A stretch of 64,000 nt of DNA from an uncultured Winogradskyella sp. (GCA_913061495.1 CAJXVG010000001.1:26286-90285); one strand, 5' to 3'; positions 48,750-59,316 are shown, numbered from the stretch's first letter. The notes: a model not told the origin generated them from the letters alone. Translations and numbers: made by a program.

Positions 48750-50249
48750 TTAAAAAGGCAGATCGTCATCAGGAACCTCTGGCAATTCTGCCTTTGGAGG
48801 TTCAAACGCATCTTCTGGTTCTGAAGGTTCAAAATCATCATCCCATGAATCATCTATCTCGTTTAGGTCCTTGAATCGCATATACCTCAATTCGCTAGAA
48901 TCTAAAACTGCAGCACCTAATCCACCCTCTCTGGTTTTGGCCGTATAAATTTCACATTGTCCTGTGGCAGGTGTCCTGGCCTCATCATCCCATTCATCTA
49001 TTTTATAATATTCCGGTCTTAAAAGAAACTGTACGACATTAGCATCTTGCTCAATGGCTCCAGACTCACGTAAATCTGACAACTTTGGTCTGGGCATACC
49101 TCCTCGGGTTTCAACTGCTCTGGATAATTGAGATAAAGCAACTACCGGAATCTGAAATTCTTTTGCAATCGCTTTCAATTTTCTGGAAATATGAGCGATC
49201 TCCTGCTCTCTGTTTCCGTTTTTGTTATTGGCAGATCCCCTCATCAGCTGAAGGTAATCGATGTATACAATCCTCACTTTCTCCTGCCTTACCCATTTAC
49301 CGATTATCGTTTTGGCTTCGGTAGTGGTAGTTTCTGATCCGTCGTGAATGTGTATTGGTAATTTCTTTATTTTTTCGGATTCCCTTAAAAGCACCTCTTT
49401 CTCCGATGGCGTGAGTTGGTTCTGTTTTATCCTGCTTGATTCGATACCGAATTCATTAGCTGTGATACGTCCAACCAATTCAGTATCGCTCATCTCAAGT
49501 GAAATGAAACCTACTGCAAAACCGTTTTCTGCCTGAAACTTAGCTTCATTGAGTACAAAAGCCGTTTTTCCCATACCAGGACGAGCAGCTATGATCACCA
49601 AATCATTTGGATGATAACCGTTGGTGCGGTTGTTTATTTTAGTGAACTTGCTCGGTACACTGGCCTTTGGGTTCTTACCCTGCTCAATCATCTTGTCGTA
49701 GACGCTGCTCAGTGTTTCTGCCTTTTTTCTTAAAAGCCATTCCGATGTATCGTCAAGTGATTTCTGTGACTCCTCCAGAAGATCAAAAATATCCTTCGTC
49801 GGGTCGTATGCCTTTTCAATGATGTTGCTCGCCACTTTTATGGATTCCCTCTGCACGTAGAACTGCATGATAATACGGCAATGCTCTTCGATATGAGCTG
49901 AAGAAGAAACACGTTGTGTCAATTCGATCAGATAAAAATCACCACCTACTAGATCCAGTTGAGCTTTAGATTTCAGTCTATCCGAAACAGTTAGCAAATC
50001 GATTTTGACGTCTTCAGAAAACAGCTCGTAGATTGCCATAAAAATATACTTGTGAGCGTCTTTGTAGAAAACATCTTCGTTATCGCTTATGGTTTCAATA
50101 GCTTCATAAACTCCCTGTCTGTCGATCATCATTGCTCCGAGGATCACTTCCTCAAGATCTATGGCCTGAGGAGGCATTTTCCCTTTTTCAAGTGAGATTA
50201 TCGAGGACCTGTCGGTTTTGGTTTTGTCGTAAGGTTTTGGTTGGTTCAT
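48750..50249 (-). CDS. dnaB: Replicative DNA helicase DnaB (phage copy)
   Basis: AARPGMGKT, IDYLQLM, LSQLSR, LRESGAIEQDA. Confidence 0.95.
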   Translation of the reverse strand: MNQPKPYDKTKTDRSSIISLEKGKMPPQAIDLEEVILGAMMIDRQGVYEAIETISDNEDVFYKDAHKYIFMAIYELFSEDVKIDLLTVSDRLKSKAQLDLVGGDFYLIELTQRVSSSAHIEEHCRIIMQFYVQRESIKVASNIIEKAYDPTKDIFDLLEESQKSLDDTSEWLLRKKAETLSSVYDKMIEQGKNPKASVPSKFTKINNRTNGYHPNDLVIIAARPGMGKTAFVLNEAKFQAENGFAVGFISLEMSDTELVGRITANEFGIESSRIKQNQLTPSEKEVLLRESEKIKKLPIHIHDGSETTTTEAKTIIGKWVRQEKVRIVYIDYLQLMRGSANNKNGNREQEIAHISRKLKAIAKEFQIPVVALSQLSRAVETRGGMPRPKLSDLRESGAIEQDANVVQFLLRPEYYKIDEWDDEARTPATGQCEIYTAKTREGGLGAAVLDSSELRYMRFKDLNEIDDSWDDDFEPSEPEDAFEPPKAELPEVPDDDLPF

Positions 50250-51031
50250 CAGTATCGTTCTGGTGCTGTTGCTTGTTGTTGGCTAAAAGTTTGGTTTTTT
50301 CGATTATCTTTAGATTGGTTGGCTATCCATGCCCTTGTGTATTTCCTCAGACGTGGTAAAAGTTGATCAGCTTCCCATTGCATTTTATTCTGATGAATTT
50401 CGATATCGATGGTGTCGTTAAAATTTTCGATTAAAATATTCCAATCATTGACCGATTTTTTATTCTGCATTTCAAAATCGTTATACTCGATTTCCTTTTC
50501 AGATTTTAGAAATTCGTGCGCGCGTTTTTCTCTCCTTTTCTCTTCTTTTCTTTCCTCTCCTATCCTTTGTGGTTTTACGGAGCCTTTACTTTTACTTTTA
50601 GGTGGTTTATTATCACTTTTACTTAGTTTCCGTATCCCTAAACCATCTAAAAGGATGAGTAATGAATTTTTAGAAATTATTTGATTTGTTCTTTTTTTGT
50701 AAGCATCTTTTATTGATTCATTGAATTTTTCATTAAAAAGTATGCTGTTTTCGTTCCACAGATCCTTATCAAATTCCCTTAATCTGATCAAGTCTTCAAT
50801 GATATTTATCAGTACTTCTTCAGACACCAAACAGCGGTCTGAAAGGAACATCATCTGTACTTCATCCGATAGGTTGAGATAGTGGTTATCAGCCTTTCCT
50901 AGTTCCTCTAATATCTTGAACCATGTCGCATAGCCATCGTTCTTGTATTTCTTCTCCAGGTAGCTCATTTTCTTTCCGTGGCTCACTGGGTGGGGGAAAT
51001 AGTCTACCGAGTTTCTTTGTGGTCTTGCCAT
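50249..51031 (-). CDS. Phage replication initiator (DUF4373/Lin1244-like)
   Basis: MARP..VDYFPH, GYA.WF.ILE; low-complexity linker; upstream of dnaB. Confidence 0.75.
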   Translation of the reverse strand: MARPQRNSVDYFPHPVSHGKKMSYLEKKYKNDGYATWFKILEELGKADNHYLNLSDEVQMMFLSDRCLVSEEVLINIIEDLIRLREFDKDLWNENSILFNEKFNESIKDAYKKRTNQIISKNSLLILLDGLGIRKLSKSDNKPPKSKSKGSVKPQRIGEERKEEKRREKRAHEFLKSEKEIEYNDFEMQNKKSVNDWNILIENFNDTIDIEIHQNKMQWEADQLLPRLRKYTRAWIANQSKDNRKNQTFSQQQATAPERY

Positions 51032-51682
51032 TTAGTTAGTTTTAAAAAGCACTTGTTGTGCTGTAAATTCTTTAAATTTTTTGTTTTGTATATTGAAATA
51101 GTGAGGGTCAATTTCATATCCAGTAAAATCAAACCCTTTATTATAACAAGCAATCCTGCTACTTCCAGAACCTATATGGGTATCTAAAATTGAATAACCA
51201 GGTTCAGCATATTTTTCAATTATGGTTTCGTAAAGTTTAATTGGCTTTTGGTGTGGATGCCATTTTGTAATTTTCTCACACTTCTTAGCACCATCCCATT
51301 GAAGTTGAATTATCCTCATGGTTTTCTTAAATGAAGTCCATGCGAGTTCTGCCTCACTCATAAAAGTTTTGTCTGCATCCCTAACTTTATCCCAAACAAT
51401 CCACGCGTTAGTTGGCTTTAAAAAATCTGAAAAATAATTACCACCAAACACGATTTGATTTTTAGAAACTCGAAATAGTTGATTCCAATAGTCAGCTTGA
51501 GGTATTGAATCATTTTGATAACTATGAAGCGCTCCTTTTTTATAGAATCTGTCCTTTCTTGATTTTGACCAGGTGTCACCTATTCCATATGGTGGGTCAA
51601 CAATAGCTAAATCAAACTGATTTTCATCCATTCTTTTCATTGCTTCTAAACAGTCTATATTGTAAGTTTTACTTAGTGACAT
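51032..51682 (-). CDS. Orphan N6A/N4C DNA methyltransferase
   Basis: IVDPPYG, HPHQKP, LDTHIGSGS. Confidence 0.9.
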   Translation of the reverse strand: MSLSKTYNIDCLEAMKRMDENQFDLAIVDPPYGIGDTWSKSRKDRFYKKGALHSYQNDSIPQADYWNQLFRVSKNQIVFGGNYFSDFLKPTNAWIVWDKVRDADKTFMSEAELAWTSFKKTMRIIQLQWDGAKKCEKITKWHPHQKPIKLYETIIEKYAEPGYSILDTHIGSGSSRIACYNKGFDFTGYEIDPHYFNIQNKKFKEFTAQQVLFKTN

Positions 51683-51683
51683 A

Positions 51684-52145
51684 TTAATTTTTTATAGCTA
51701 TTGCTAATCCTTCATTTATCAAACCAAATACATCAAAGTGCCATTCAAATAGTTTTTCAACCATCCAATAGTGCCAAGTAAGAATATCAGTAAACCAATA
51801 ATCAATCCCGTCAGAGCAATCAAAATAAAGTTGGTCTAACTCATGATCATAAGTAATTTCCTCAATGTCATCCAAAGGCAACATTTTTTGGTGTAACTCA
51901 TTAATTCTTTCGATAGGAATAAACTTTTCACCATTTATTTCGATTTCTTTGTGTAAATGGGATAACGGAATAAGTATCGGCATTCCACCTCTAATCACAT
52001 CATGTATGTTTTTAATTGTCATTTCACTTTCACCTATTTCATCATGTGATGGCTCAGGTGGATTTCCTCCCCAAATCAATACTGGATGCTGAAATTTTAG
52101 GCTACTATTCAAATAAGGCGCTAAGTGTTTTAATTCTAGTTTCAT
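51684..52145 (-). CDS. Hypothetical phage protein
   Basis: LELKHLAPYL..WHFDVFGLI..GLAI. Confidence 0.7.
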   Translation of the reverse strand: MKLELKHLAPYLNSSLKFQHPVLIWGGNPPEPSHDEIGESEMTIKNIHDVIRGGMPILIPLSHLHKEIEINGEKFIPIERINELHQKMLPLDDIEEITYDHELDQLYFDCSDGIDYWFTDILTWHYWMVEKLFEWHFDVFGLINEGLAIAIKN

Positions 52146-52148
52146 AAT

Positions 52149-53822
52149 CTACTTTTTAAACATTCCTAATAATCCATCCACCATATCCATCTGAATACTA
52201 TCATTAGCACCTGTAATGGTATTGGCTACATGGCGTTTTTGTAAAATCAGTTCGTACATATCCTCGTCAATGGTGTTCTGGCCAAGGAAGTAAGTACACA
52301 TCACATTGTTTTTCTGCCCGATACGGTGCGCCCTGTCCTCACATTGCACACAATCGGCATAAGTCCATGGGTATTCTATAAAAGCAACACGTGAACTAGC
52401 TGTGAGCGTAATACCGACCCCTGCAGCCTTGATGTTGCAGATAATCAGCTTCGTGTCTGGATCGTTCTGAAAGGCATCGATACTGCGTTGTTTTTCAAAG
52501 TCCTTATCCCTTCCGGTCACAGTTACTGCCTTTGGGAATTCCTTTTTAAGTTCATCAACGATAGCATGGTGTATTACAAAGACAATCAGCTTCTCACCAG
52601 AGTCATTAACCTCCTTGATGAATTCCCTGGCTTCATTTAGCTTACCGTAGGCAGATATCTTCTTCAGCGCTTGCATCTTCACTATGATCTCACCTCGCAT
52701 CTTCTTAGCTATTTCAGCATCATCGGCACCGCTTTCCTCCAGGTACTTCACAAATTCGTCCCTCGCCTTATTGTATTCAGCTCTGGTTGTGATATCACAT
52801 AGAATGGTCTGTCGCTGTTTTTCCGGAAGGTCCTTTGCAACTTCGTTCTTCTCCCTCCTGAAGAAACAGTGCTTGTTGAGAAAGTAATTGAGTTCCTTTA
52901 GATTTGCAGATCCACGTCCGCCTTCGCAATAACGACTGAAGAAACGGTTCTTTCCACCGAAGTCACCAAGACGTCCTATAATGGCCAATTGTGGAAATAG
53001 GTCGACGGGTTTGTTCACCACAGGTGTACCTGTTAACAGTATCACCCACTTCTTTTCTCTGGTAATCTGAAGTGAAAGCTGAGCGTTTAATGTGCTGGGG
53101 TTTTTACATCGATGGCTCTCGTCAATGATCACAGACTTCAAAATATTTATCCTTTCGTCCATAACAATATCAGAGGAACGTCTCCTGGCACCTTTTTTCG
53201 GTATGGATTGAACAAAGTATTTTTTAAGGCTTTCGTAATTCGTTATAAATACATCAGCCATCCCTATATCATGATACCTGTGCCATGAGTCCTTGATCTT
53301 GGATTCCAATACCATTGCCTTCCTGTCGGTCCACATTTCCCACTCACGTTTCCAGTTTATCTTTGTTGAGGATGGGCATATGACCAAGCATGGAAACACG
53401 TCCTCTCCCCTCAAGGCAGCCGCATGTATTGTGGCCAAGGATTGCAATGTCTTACCAAGTCCCTGCTCGTCACCGTTTATGAATCTTTTTAACTGCAGAC
53501 CTTTTGCCACACCCTTTTCTTGGTAAGGCCTAAAACCGAAACCATCTGGATGCGATAAGGGCACATCTGTTTCAAGTTCCGGCATAGGCGGAATCTCACC
53601 AAGCTGTTGTGGCGTTTGGGTGTCTATCTTAAAATACTTGGCATTTGCCCATTTCTGCAGGGCGATCATGGTCTTACGTTCAGAAAGCGGAATTTTCCAT
53701 GTTTTGTCCTTGTAATCGAAATTTGCGCCATTGATTTTTTTAACGGCCGAAAGGTTTCGCTTACGGAAATGATTATAGTCTATATGTATGCGGAACTCGG
53801 TTCCATATTCTAATATCTGCAT
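52149..53822 (-). CDS. SNF2-family helicase
   Basis: DEQGLGKT, IIDESH, LTGTP, QCEDRAHRIGQ. Confidence 0.92.
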   Translation of the reverse strand: MQILEYGTEFRIHIDYNHFRKRNLSAVKKINGANFDYKDKTWKIPLSERKTMIALQKWANAKYFKIDTQTPQQLGEIPPMPELETDVPLSHPDGFGFRPYQEKGVAKGLQLKRFINGDEQGLGKTLQSLATIHAAALRGEDVFPCLVICPSSTKINWKREWEMWTDRKAMVLESKIKDSWHRYHDIGMADVFITNYESLKKYFVQSIPKKGARRRSSDIVMDERINILKSVIIDESHRCKNPSTLNAQLSLQITREKKWVILLTGTPVVNKPVDLFPQLAIIGRLGDFGGKNRFFSRYCEGGRGSANLKELNYFLNKHCFFRREKNEVAKDLPEKQRQTILCDITTRAEYNKARDEFVKYLEESGADDAEIAKKMRGEIIVKMQALKKISAYGKLNEAREFIKEVNDSGEKLIVFVIHHAIVDELKKEFPKAVTVTGRDKDFEKQRSIDAFQNDPDTKLIICNIKAAGVGITLTASSRVAFIEYPWTYADCVQCEDRAHRIGQKNNVMCTYFLGQNTIDEDMYELILQKRHVANTITGANDSIQMDMVDGLLGMFKK

Positions 53823-53823
53823 A

Positions 53824-54030
53824 TCAACTCGCTATTAAAATTTCTTGTTTTTTATCGGTAGGATCATCAAATCTTTCGATCACCTTGTCAAATCGCTCAT
53901 CCAATATCTTTCGGACTTTATCACGTTCAATTTCTGTTGTAGCAGAAATATTGTCTATTGAATTATCCTGAAGTACATCAAACCAGAACAAAACTTCATC
54001 CACTACTATAGGGTCATACTGCTTCGACAT
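53824..54030 (-). CDS. Hypothetical protein (possible HTH)
   Basis: Coupled ORF. Confidence 0.55.
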   Translation of the reverse strand: MSKQYDPIVVDEVLFWFDVLQDNSIDNISATTEIERDKVRKILDERFDKVIERFDDPTDKKQEILIAS

Positions 54031-55330
54031 AATCTCTCTTTTTTAATGATTTGACTTTAGTCTCCCTCCTTGCAGCATTTCGTATTTTATCTATATTTTG
54101 ATTTACAAGTTTTACAATTTGTTCGTGATGATCAGTGGGATTGTTATGAAGTCCTCTAGATTGCAAAACCTTGAAGTTATTCAGTGAAACCTCTATCGTT
54201 TCTATTGGCTGACCATCTATTCTAGCCGATAGAATCAATGATTCCGTTCTGGAATAGTATTCATTTGTAAACAAGCAGTGCTTTAGCGTTTCGCTTTCTT
54301 CTAAAAAAGCATCCACAGACTCCAGAACTACGACTTCAATCGAATTATTTGAGAACTTCAACCCCTTGAACCTTGCAATATGTTTTTTGAAAATTCGCTG
54401 ATCATTAAGCGCCTTCTTTTTGCGAGATTCTTCATTACTTTTTGCAATACGTAATTGCTTTTTTACCATTAACCGGTCATGCTCTTTCTTTAGGTCCTTA
54501 GGACATACGTACTTAGCATTTCTCAAATCTTTGTTGAAATACTCGAGCAGGTCCAAGTAATCAAACCAAATACCTGCATCTTTAACCTTATAGCGATTAC
54601 GCATGCAGATTTTTATGGATGGCCACCTATAAAATATATTCTGTGATCTATCTGAAAAGTGTGATAGCAATGCATATTGTTTTGCTTTTACAAGGGTTTC
54701 TGCCTGTGGAATTGTTGTTACGTTTTTAATAGCATCAAGTATATTCACACCTCGAATTTTATGGTCAAGGCCATGCTTTCGGTATTCTTTTTTGAATTTT
54801 GATTTTGGGTGGTACCTATAAGGGTATAGTTTATATTTCCAATGAGAATAATAAGTTCTACCAGGCTTTCTTATACTCCAGTCGCCTCCCCAGGAATCAA
54901 AGTTGGTATGCAGATTACCGACGCGCGTTAATTTACCGTCATCTCTTAACCATTCCTGAAGTATCTCATAGACACTAACATCTACATCATTTCCTTTTTT
55001 ATGCCTTGAAAAGATTTCAAAGTACCTAATCAGCTGAAACCTCTCGTGGACTTCAGCAATGGCAAAATAATTTTTCTGAAAATCTTTTCGCTTTCTTGAA
55101 TATTCAACCTTTAGTTTTGTTTCACAATGAGGACATACGGCTCGTTTTCGTTTTATGATAGCTGAAGAAAACGTCTCACCACAATCCATACAGATCACTC
55201 GATTTTTAGTTGCAAAGCCCTTACGTTCCAAACAAACGTCAAAAGCCCATTCCTTCACATCCTTGCCAATTGGATTGATATATTTACTATACCTCAAAAC
55301 CTCGTGTTCTAATTTCGTTCTCGGTTTCAT
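54014..55330 (-). CDS. PcfJ-like protein
   Basis: MKPRTK start, Zn-finger CxxC pairs, DYLDLL, HD, LKHC, TIEV, QSRG..N. Confidence 0.85.
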   Translation of the reverse strand: MKPRTKLEHEVLRYSKYINPIGKDVKEWAFDVCLERKGFATKNRVICMDCGETFSSAIIKRKRAVCPHCETKLKVEYSRKRKDFQKNYFAIAEVHERFQLIRYFEIFSRHKKGNDVDVSVYEILQEWLRDDGKLTRVGNLHTNFDSWGGDWSIRKPGRTYYSHWKYKLYPYRYHPKSKFKKEYRKHGLDHKIRGVNILDAIKNVTTIPQAETLVKAKQYALLSHFSDRSQNIFYRWPSIKICMRNRYKVKDAGIWFDYLDLLEYFNKDLRNAKYVCPKDLKKEHDRLMVKKQLRIAKSNEESRKKKALNDQRIFKKHIARFKGLKFSNNSIEVVVLESVDAFLEESETLKHCLFTNEYYSRTESLILSARIDGQPIETIEVSLNNFKVLQSRGLHNNPTDHHEQIVKLVNQNIDKIRNAARRETKVKSLKKRDYVEAV

Positions 55331-55743
55331 AGGCCATCAAATAGATTAGGTTCTTCTTTAACTTCCTCGGGTTTTTTCTTCTTAGGCTTCTTTCTCAGGC
55401 GCTCTTTTTCTTCAGCGATCACCAAAGCTTTAGCTTCTTTACGAGCTTCCTCTTTTTCTGTATCGCTCAATTCAATCTGGTGATTTACGATCACGCTTCC
55501 ATTTTCAATTTTACTTCCAACCTTTACCTTCTCCTCATCATAGTAGTGAATGGCCATGCCATAGATTTCCTCATCAGCAAATCCATTGCGACCGCTTTCC
55601 TTCACTTGATTTAAAATGTAGGTGACACAGCTGTCAACATTTTTTTTATCGTTCTTCAGTTTCTTGGCAAATGCCTCGTCCTTTTCAGCAACTTTCTGAA
55701 GATGGGCCTCTATAGCCTGTTTAAATGATTCCGATCCTTTCAT
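55327..55743 (-). CDS. PcfK-like / AcrIIA9-family protein
   Basis: MKG...FKQ.I, C.TYILNQVK.SG..G..DEE...MAIHYYDE, VNH.IEL. Confidence 0.8.
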   Translation of the reverse strand: MKGSESFKQAIEAHLQKVAEKDEAFAKKLKNDKKNVDSCVTYILNQVKESGRNGFADEEIYGMAIHYYDEEKVKVGSKIENGSVIVNHQIELSDTEKEEARKEAKALVIAEEKERLRKKPKKKKPEEVKEEPNLFDGL

Positions 55744-55756
55744 TGTATTTATAGAT

Positions 55757-56062
55757 TTATGATTTTAATAGTTCTTCAATTGACTTATTTATGGCTATCA
55801 TCTCAAGCTCGAGATTGGCCGCATTAGCAACTGCGAATTCGTATTCACCTATTGATATTGAATCTTCAATAGTTTTCTCTTCCACCTCAAGAGCAGACTT
55901 TAACTTTTCTGAATGTTTCATCAATACTTTAATAGCTGCGTTATGTTTCATTTTTTTGTTTTTGCAATCCCCACATTGCATTTTACACTGATGATTTAAA
56001 CCACCAGAAGTCTGCAATCTGCAATAGTGAGTTGCAGACCTTGATGTTTTAATAGCTTCCAT
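55757..56062 (-). CDS. Hypothetical phage protein
   Basis: Operonic ORF. Confidence 0.6.
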   Translation of the reverse strand: MEAIKTSRSATHYCRLQTSGGLNHQCKMQCGDCKNKKMKHNAAIKVLMKHSEKLKSALEVEEKTIEDSISIGEYEFAVANAANLELEMIAINKSIEELLKS

Positions 56063-56622
56063 TATGCAGCGGTTTCTTCAAATTCCTTTTGCTCTACTTC
56101 GTCTGACTGTGGATCAAAGTCGTCGCCAAAATCCATTGTCTCTTGGGTGCGTACAGCTTCCTTCCCGTCCATGTACTCCAGAACCTCCTCCTTTACGAAT
56201 TCAATCTGCTCTGTAAGTTTGTCAATGAACTCATAGCGTGTGTCCTCAGCTTCTGATACTCGGATTTTAGGTGTTGGAAACGACACCACTTTCCCTGTGT
56301 TTAAAATCTTGTATCCAGTGATGGTGTATGAGATGTCACCCTTGTTATCATCAATCTGAACGCCAGTAACCTTGTATTTACTGATCAGTGCTTCCGGCAA
56401 TGATTTTAAATCGATTGCTTTTGCTACATCAGATTTCTTCTTCATCTCAGTGATAAGAACAAAGTGTGGTACCAAGCCCTGAAATGCATCAACAAGATCC
56501 TCATGGATAGGTGCATCTGCACTGGCTTTTACCTTAGTCTTTCTAAGGCCGTCGTTTTGTGTGTATTCCCATTTCAGGAATATGCGAGATGCTATCTCGG
56601 CTTTGTGAATTTCAATGTCCAT
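56062..56622 (-). CDS. Hypothetical phage protein
   Basis: PIHEDL motif, acidic tail. Confidence 0.7.
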   Translation of the reverse strand: MDIEIHKAEIASRIFLKWEYTQNDGLRKTKVKASADAPIHEDLVDAFQGLVPHFVLITEMKKKSDVAKAIDLKSLPEALISKYKVTGVQIDDNKGDISYTITGYKILNTGKVVSFPTPKIRVSEAEDTRYEFIDKLTEQIEFVKEEVLEYMDGKEAVRTQETMDFGDDFDPQSDEVEQKEFEETAA

Positions 56623-56625
56623 AGT

Positions 56626-56829
56626 CTATGGTTTTTTGGTTAAAAAATATTTGTAAGCGTTAATCGTATTTCGTTTTTCAATAGTTCCATCATCCACCAT
56701 TTCATCCAATATTGGCCTGAATTCTCTTTCATGGAATCCGTTATGGCCTTCACTTGATTTGTCAAGCTTCTGGTCTAGGTAGAGCAGCATGGCTTTAAGT
56801 TTCTTTATTTCGTCTGGTGTGTACTGCAT
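56626..56829 (-). CDS. Small winged-helix-like hypothetical protein
   Basis: Operonic ORF. Confidence 0.55.
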   Translation of the reverse strand: MQYTPDEIKKLKAMLLYLDQKLDKSSEGHNGFHEREFRPILDEMVDDGTIEKRNTINAYKYFLTKKP

Positions 56830-57344
56830 TAGTATTTTTTAGATGTCCAATGGATTATTTTACCTTCAAAATCCTTATTGAAATATTTACACATTGCAGA
56901 CGAATCTTCAAATCCATCATTCATAGCGAGCCTGTCAGCTTCCTCAATTGTTATAGGGTTTCCATCTATTGCAATTACAGGCTCCATACCATACCAATCA
57001 CACGCCTCTTCACCATAGTCAAAAGTTAATTTCTGTATGTTTAAACATTCTAGTGTTGGCGCAAACTGAAACCTATTTGAAGTTCTATTGTTGATTACTA
57101 AATGAATTTTGTTTCCCGATTTCCAACGATCAGATTTATCTTCTCTAATTGTATGGATTTTGGTCTTGATATACATTTCATCCCATTCAGATAAAGGTTT
57201 GTTGAATTTTTCTTCATAAGCTTTAGAGTATTCCTCATAGTGTGAAATATTAATATGGTCTAACCGATCAATTAATCCAGACCAAATCTTTTCTAAGAAA
57301 TGTGTTGGTTTTCCATTTATATATTCTGAAAATGCTAATGTCAT
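56829..57344 (-). CDS. ASCH/PUA-like domain protein
   Basis: KIHTIR, LA.NDGF, F.GKIIHW. Confidence 0.55.
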   Translation of the reverse strand: MTLAFSEYINGKPTHFLEKIWSGLIDRLDHINISHYEEYSKAYEEKFNKPLSEWDEMYIKTKIHTIREDKSDRWKSGNKIHLVINNRTSNRFQFAPTLECLNIQKLTFDYGEEACDWYGMEPVIAIDGNPITIEEADRLAMNDGFEDSSAMCKYFNKDFEGKIIHWTSKKY

Positions 57345-57347
57345 AGT

Positions 57348-58079
57348 CTAAAAAGGTGTTTTATTAAAATCAATTGTTATCCCGGCATCGGCAACAGTTA
57401 CCGTTTTACCAGTAGCTTCTTTCACTCTGTCCTTAAACATCAGCTCGTCACTATTACTATCAGATAAGTGAATCAATACTATGTTGTTGACCTTGCTCAG
57501 ATCATTAGCCTGAAGCGTACTGATGCATGTATCCAGGCTCATGTGGTTCTTGATGATTCTGTTTCTCAAGAATTCCATGTCATTGAGTTTGCGCTTGGCA
57601 ATCTCGTCAGCATAGTTGGCTTCAATAATGATATTGTTGAGATCAGGAAAGGTGTACTTACAGAAAATGAGGTCCGTAATAAAAAGCAGGTTACCACATT
57701 CTGGATGGTAAATAAGAAACCCACATGGTTCTGCAGCATCGTGCAGCACATCGAAGGACATGATCCTGAAGCTACCTAGCCTAAAGAATTCCTTATATTC
57801 AAAAGTCTTTGCCCTGTGATGGCCAATGGACTTCAATGCAGTATGTGTTCCTTTAGTGGCATGCACATCTATACCGAAACTCATTAAGTCACTAACGGAC
57901 TTGGCATGGTCTCCATGCTCATGAGTAACGATACAGCCAAGCAACTTTGTAAAATCAAAGTTGAAAGCACCCTTAATATCGCTAAACCTTACACCACACT
58001 CAATCAGCAATGCCTCATCCCCTGCATCGAGAATGTAGGCATTACCCTTTGAGCCGCTATTAATTACTCGCAACTTCAT
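57348..58079 (-). CDS. MBL-fold metallo-hydrolase (exonuclease partner of RecT)
   Basis: SGSKGN, THEHGDH, HDA, EANY, HLS. Confidence 0.88.
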   Translation of the reverse strand: MKLRVINSGSKGNAYILDAGDEALLIECGVRFSDIKGAFNFDFTKLLGCIVTHEHGDHAKSVSDLMSFGIDVHATKGTHTALKSIGHHRAKTFEYKEFFRLGSFRIMSFDVLHDAAEPCGFLIYHPECGNLLFITDLIFCKYTFPDLNNIIIEANYADEIAKRKLNDMEFLRNRIIKNHMSLDTCISTLQANDLSKVNNIVLIHLSDSNSDELMFKDRVKEATGKTVTVADAGITIDFNKTPF

Positions 58080-59110
58080 TAAAACCCAGGTCCTTGGTTA
58101 TCAGCAGAACCATCTGGAAACATATCCGGCATGTCTCCTGCAGGAACTGGTTCTTGTTTTGACTGCTCTTTTACCTCCTCATGTTCCACATCCTCAGTTA
58201 TTGAAAGCTCTTCTTTGTTGGCACCCTCATCAATCAAATCTGATACTTCACGATCTGCAGACTGAGCTTCATTTTCTAAAGCTCTCATTAAAAAATCATC
58301 AATCTTTTGGCTGTCTATATTGATAGCATTCCAACAGTGGCGTTTAAGAGTTTTCATAAACATCTCTTCCTCCCATCCTTCGATCTGCTCCTTATTGCCT
58401 GTCTTTTTTCCGTTCTTCCATTCGTCCTTTTCACCTCCCCAAAATTCTGCAGATGCATATTTTGGCTTGCGCTTTTCAATCTGTGCACGATTCAGAACAA
58501 CTAGCTTGTTTTTTTCTGGATTGTCTTTAAAAATCTGGTAATAGAAACCACCTTCCAATTCTCCGCGATCAAAATCATTATTAATCTCAAATTCGTAGCT
58601 CTCAACTTTGTTGTCCATGTTTTTCTTTCTCGACTTAAAATGATCGGTAGAATATTTGAGTTCAAAAATCACTTCATCCGGAACATCATATCCATACTTC
58701 CTAGCCTTCAATTCCAGACCGTTGAAACCTTCCATAAGGTTGATATCATACTTGCCAGTTTTGTTGTTTTTGTATGGAATTGGGCTGATGTGGTTTTTCT
58801 GTAAAGGATCCAAACCAATGCTTGAATATGCAACCACATCCAAAGACAGTTTGTTCATGTTCACATTTTGCCATGTCAATGCAACTGAATCCCTATAATT
58901 TTCAGACTTTGCCAATCTTTTTTGTTCAGCTTCATTCAAGACAGCATCCACCTTTATAAAGTAGTTCTGTATCAACTTGCGCTGAAACGATGTCAATTCA
59001 ACAGGCTCATTGCTTAGGCCTGTTGGAAATTCCTTGATTACGGCTTGCGTAAATCTTTCCGATGGTGTAGCGTTGTTCATTGTCGCTACTTCGTTTTTCT
59101 TTTTTGTCAT
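58079..59110 (-). CDS. RecT-like single-strand annealing recombinase
   Basis: GLDP, PIPY, EEMFMKT pattern, acidic tail; between SMC-like ATPase and MBL nuclease. Confidence 0.75.
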   Translation of the reverse strand: MTKKKNEVATMNNATPSERFTQAVIKEFPTGLSNEPVELTSFQRKLIQNYFIKVDAVLNEAEQKRLAKSENYRDSVALTWQNVNMNKLSLDVVAYSSIGLDPLQKNHISPIPYKNNKTGKYDINLMEGFNGLELKARKYGYDVPDEVIFELKYSTDHFKSRKKNMDNKVESYEFEINNDFDRGELEGGFYYQIFKDNPEKNKLVVLNRAQIEKRKPKYASAEFWGGEKDEWKNGKKTGNKEQIEGWEEEMFMKTLKRHCWNAINIDSQKIDDFLMRALENEAQSADREVSDLIDEGANKEELSITEDVEHEEVKEQSKQEPVPAGDMPDMFPDGSADNQGPGF

Positions 59111-59130
59111 TGTATTTTGATTTTATAGAT

Positions 59131-59316
59131 TTAAGAGTTTAGTTTTTTGACAAGAAGATCAGCAACCTCTTGAGTTTGTTCTTCTGTCTGTTGATTTTGC
59201 ACCTCACAGATAAAACGCTTTATTGAAAAAACGTTATTACCTTTGTCCTCACCTTCAATTATGTGGGTTTTGCCTTTTTTGTCAGGTCCTTCTTTAATAA
59301 AAATTGTTTTATTCAT
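59131..59316 (-). CDS. Hypothetical protein
   Basis: Operonic ORF. Confidence 0.55.
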   Translation of the reverse strand: MNKTIFIKEGPDKKGKTHIIEGEDKGNNVFSIKRFICEVQNQQTEEQTQEVADLLVKKLNS

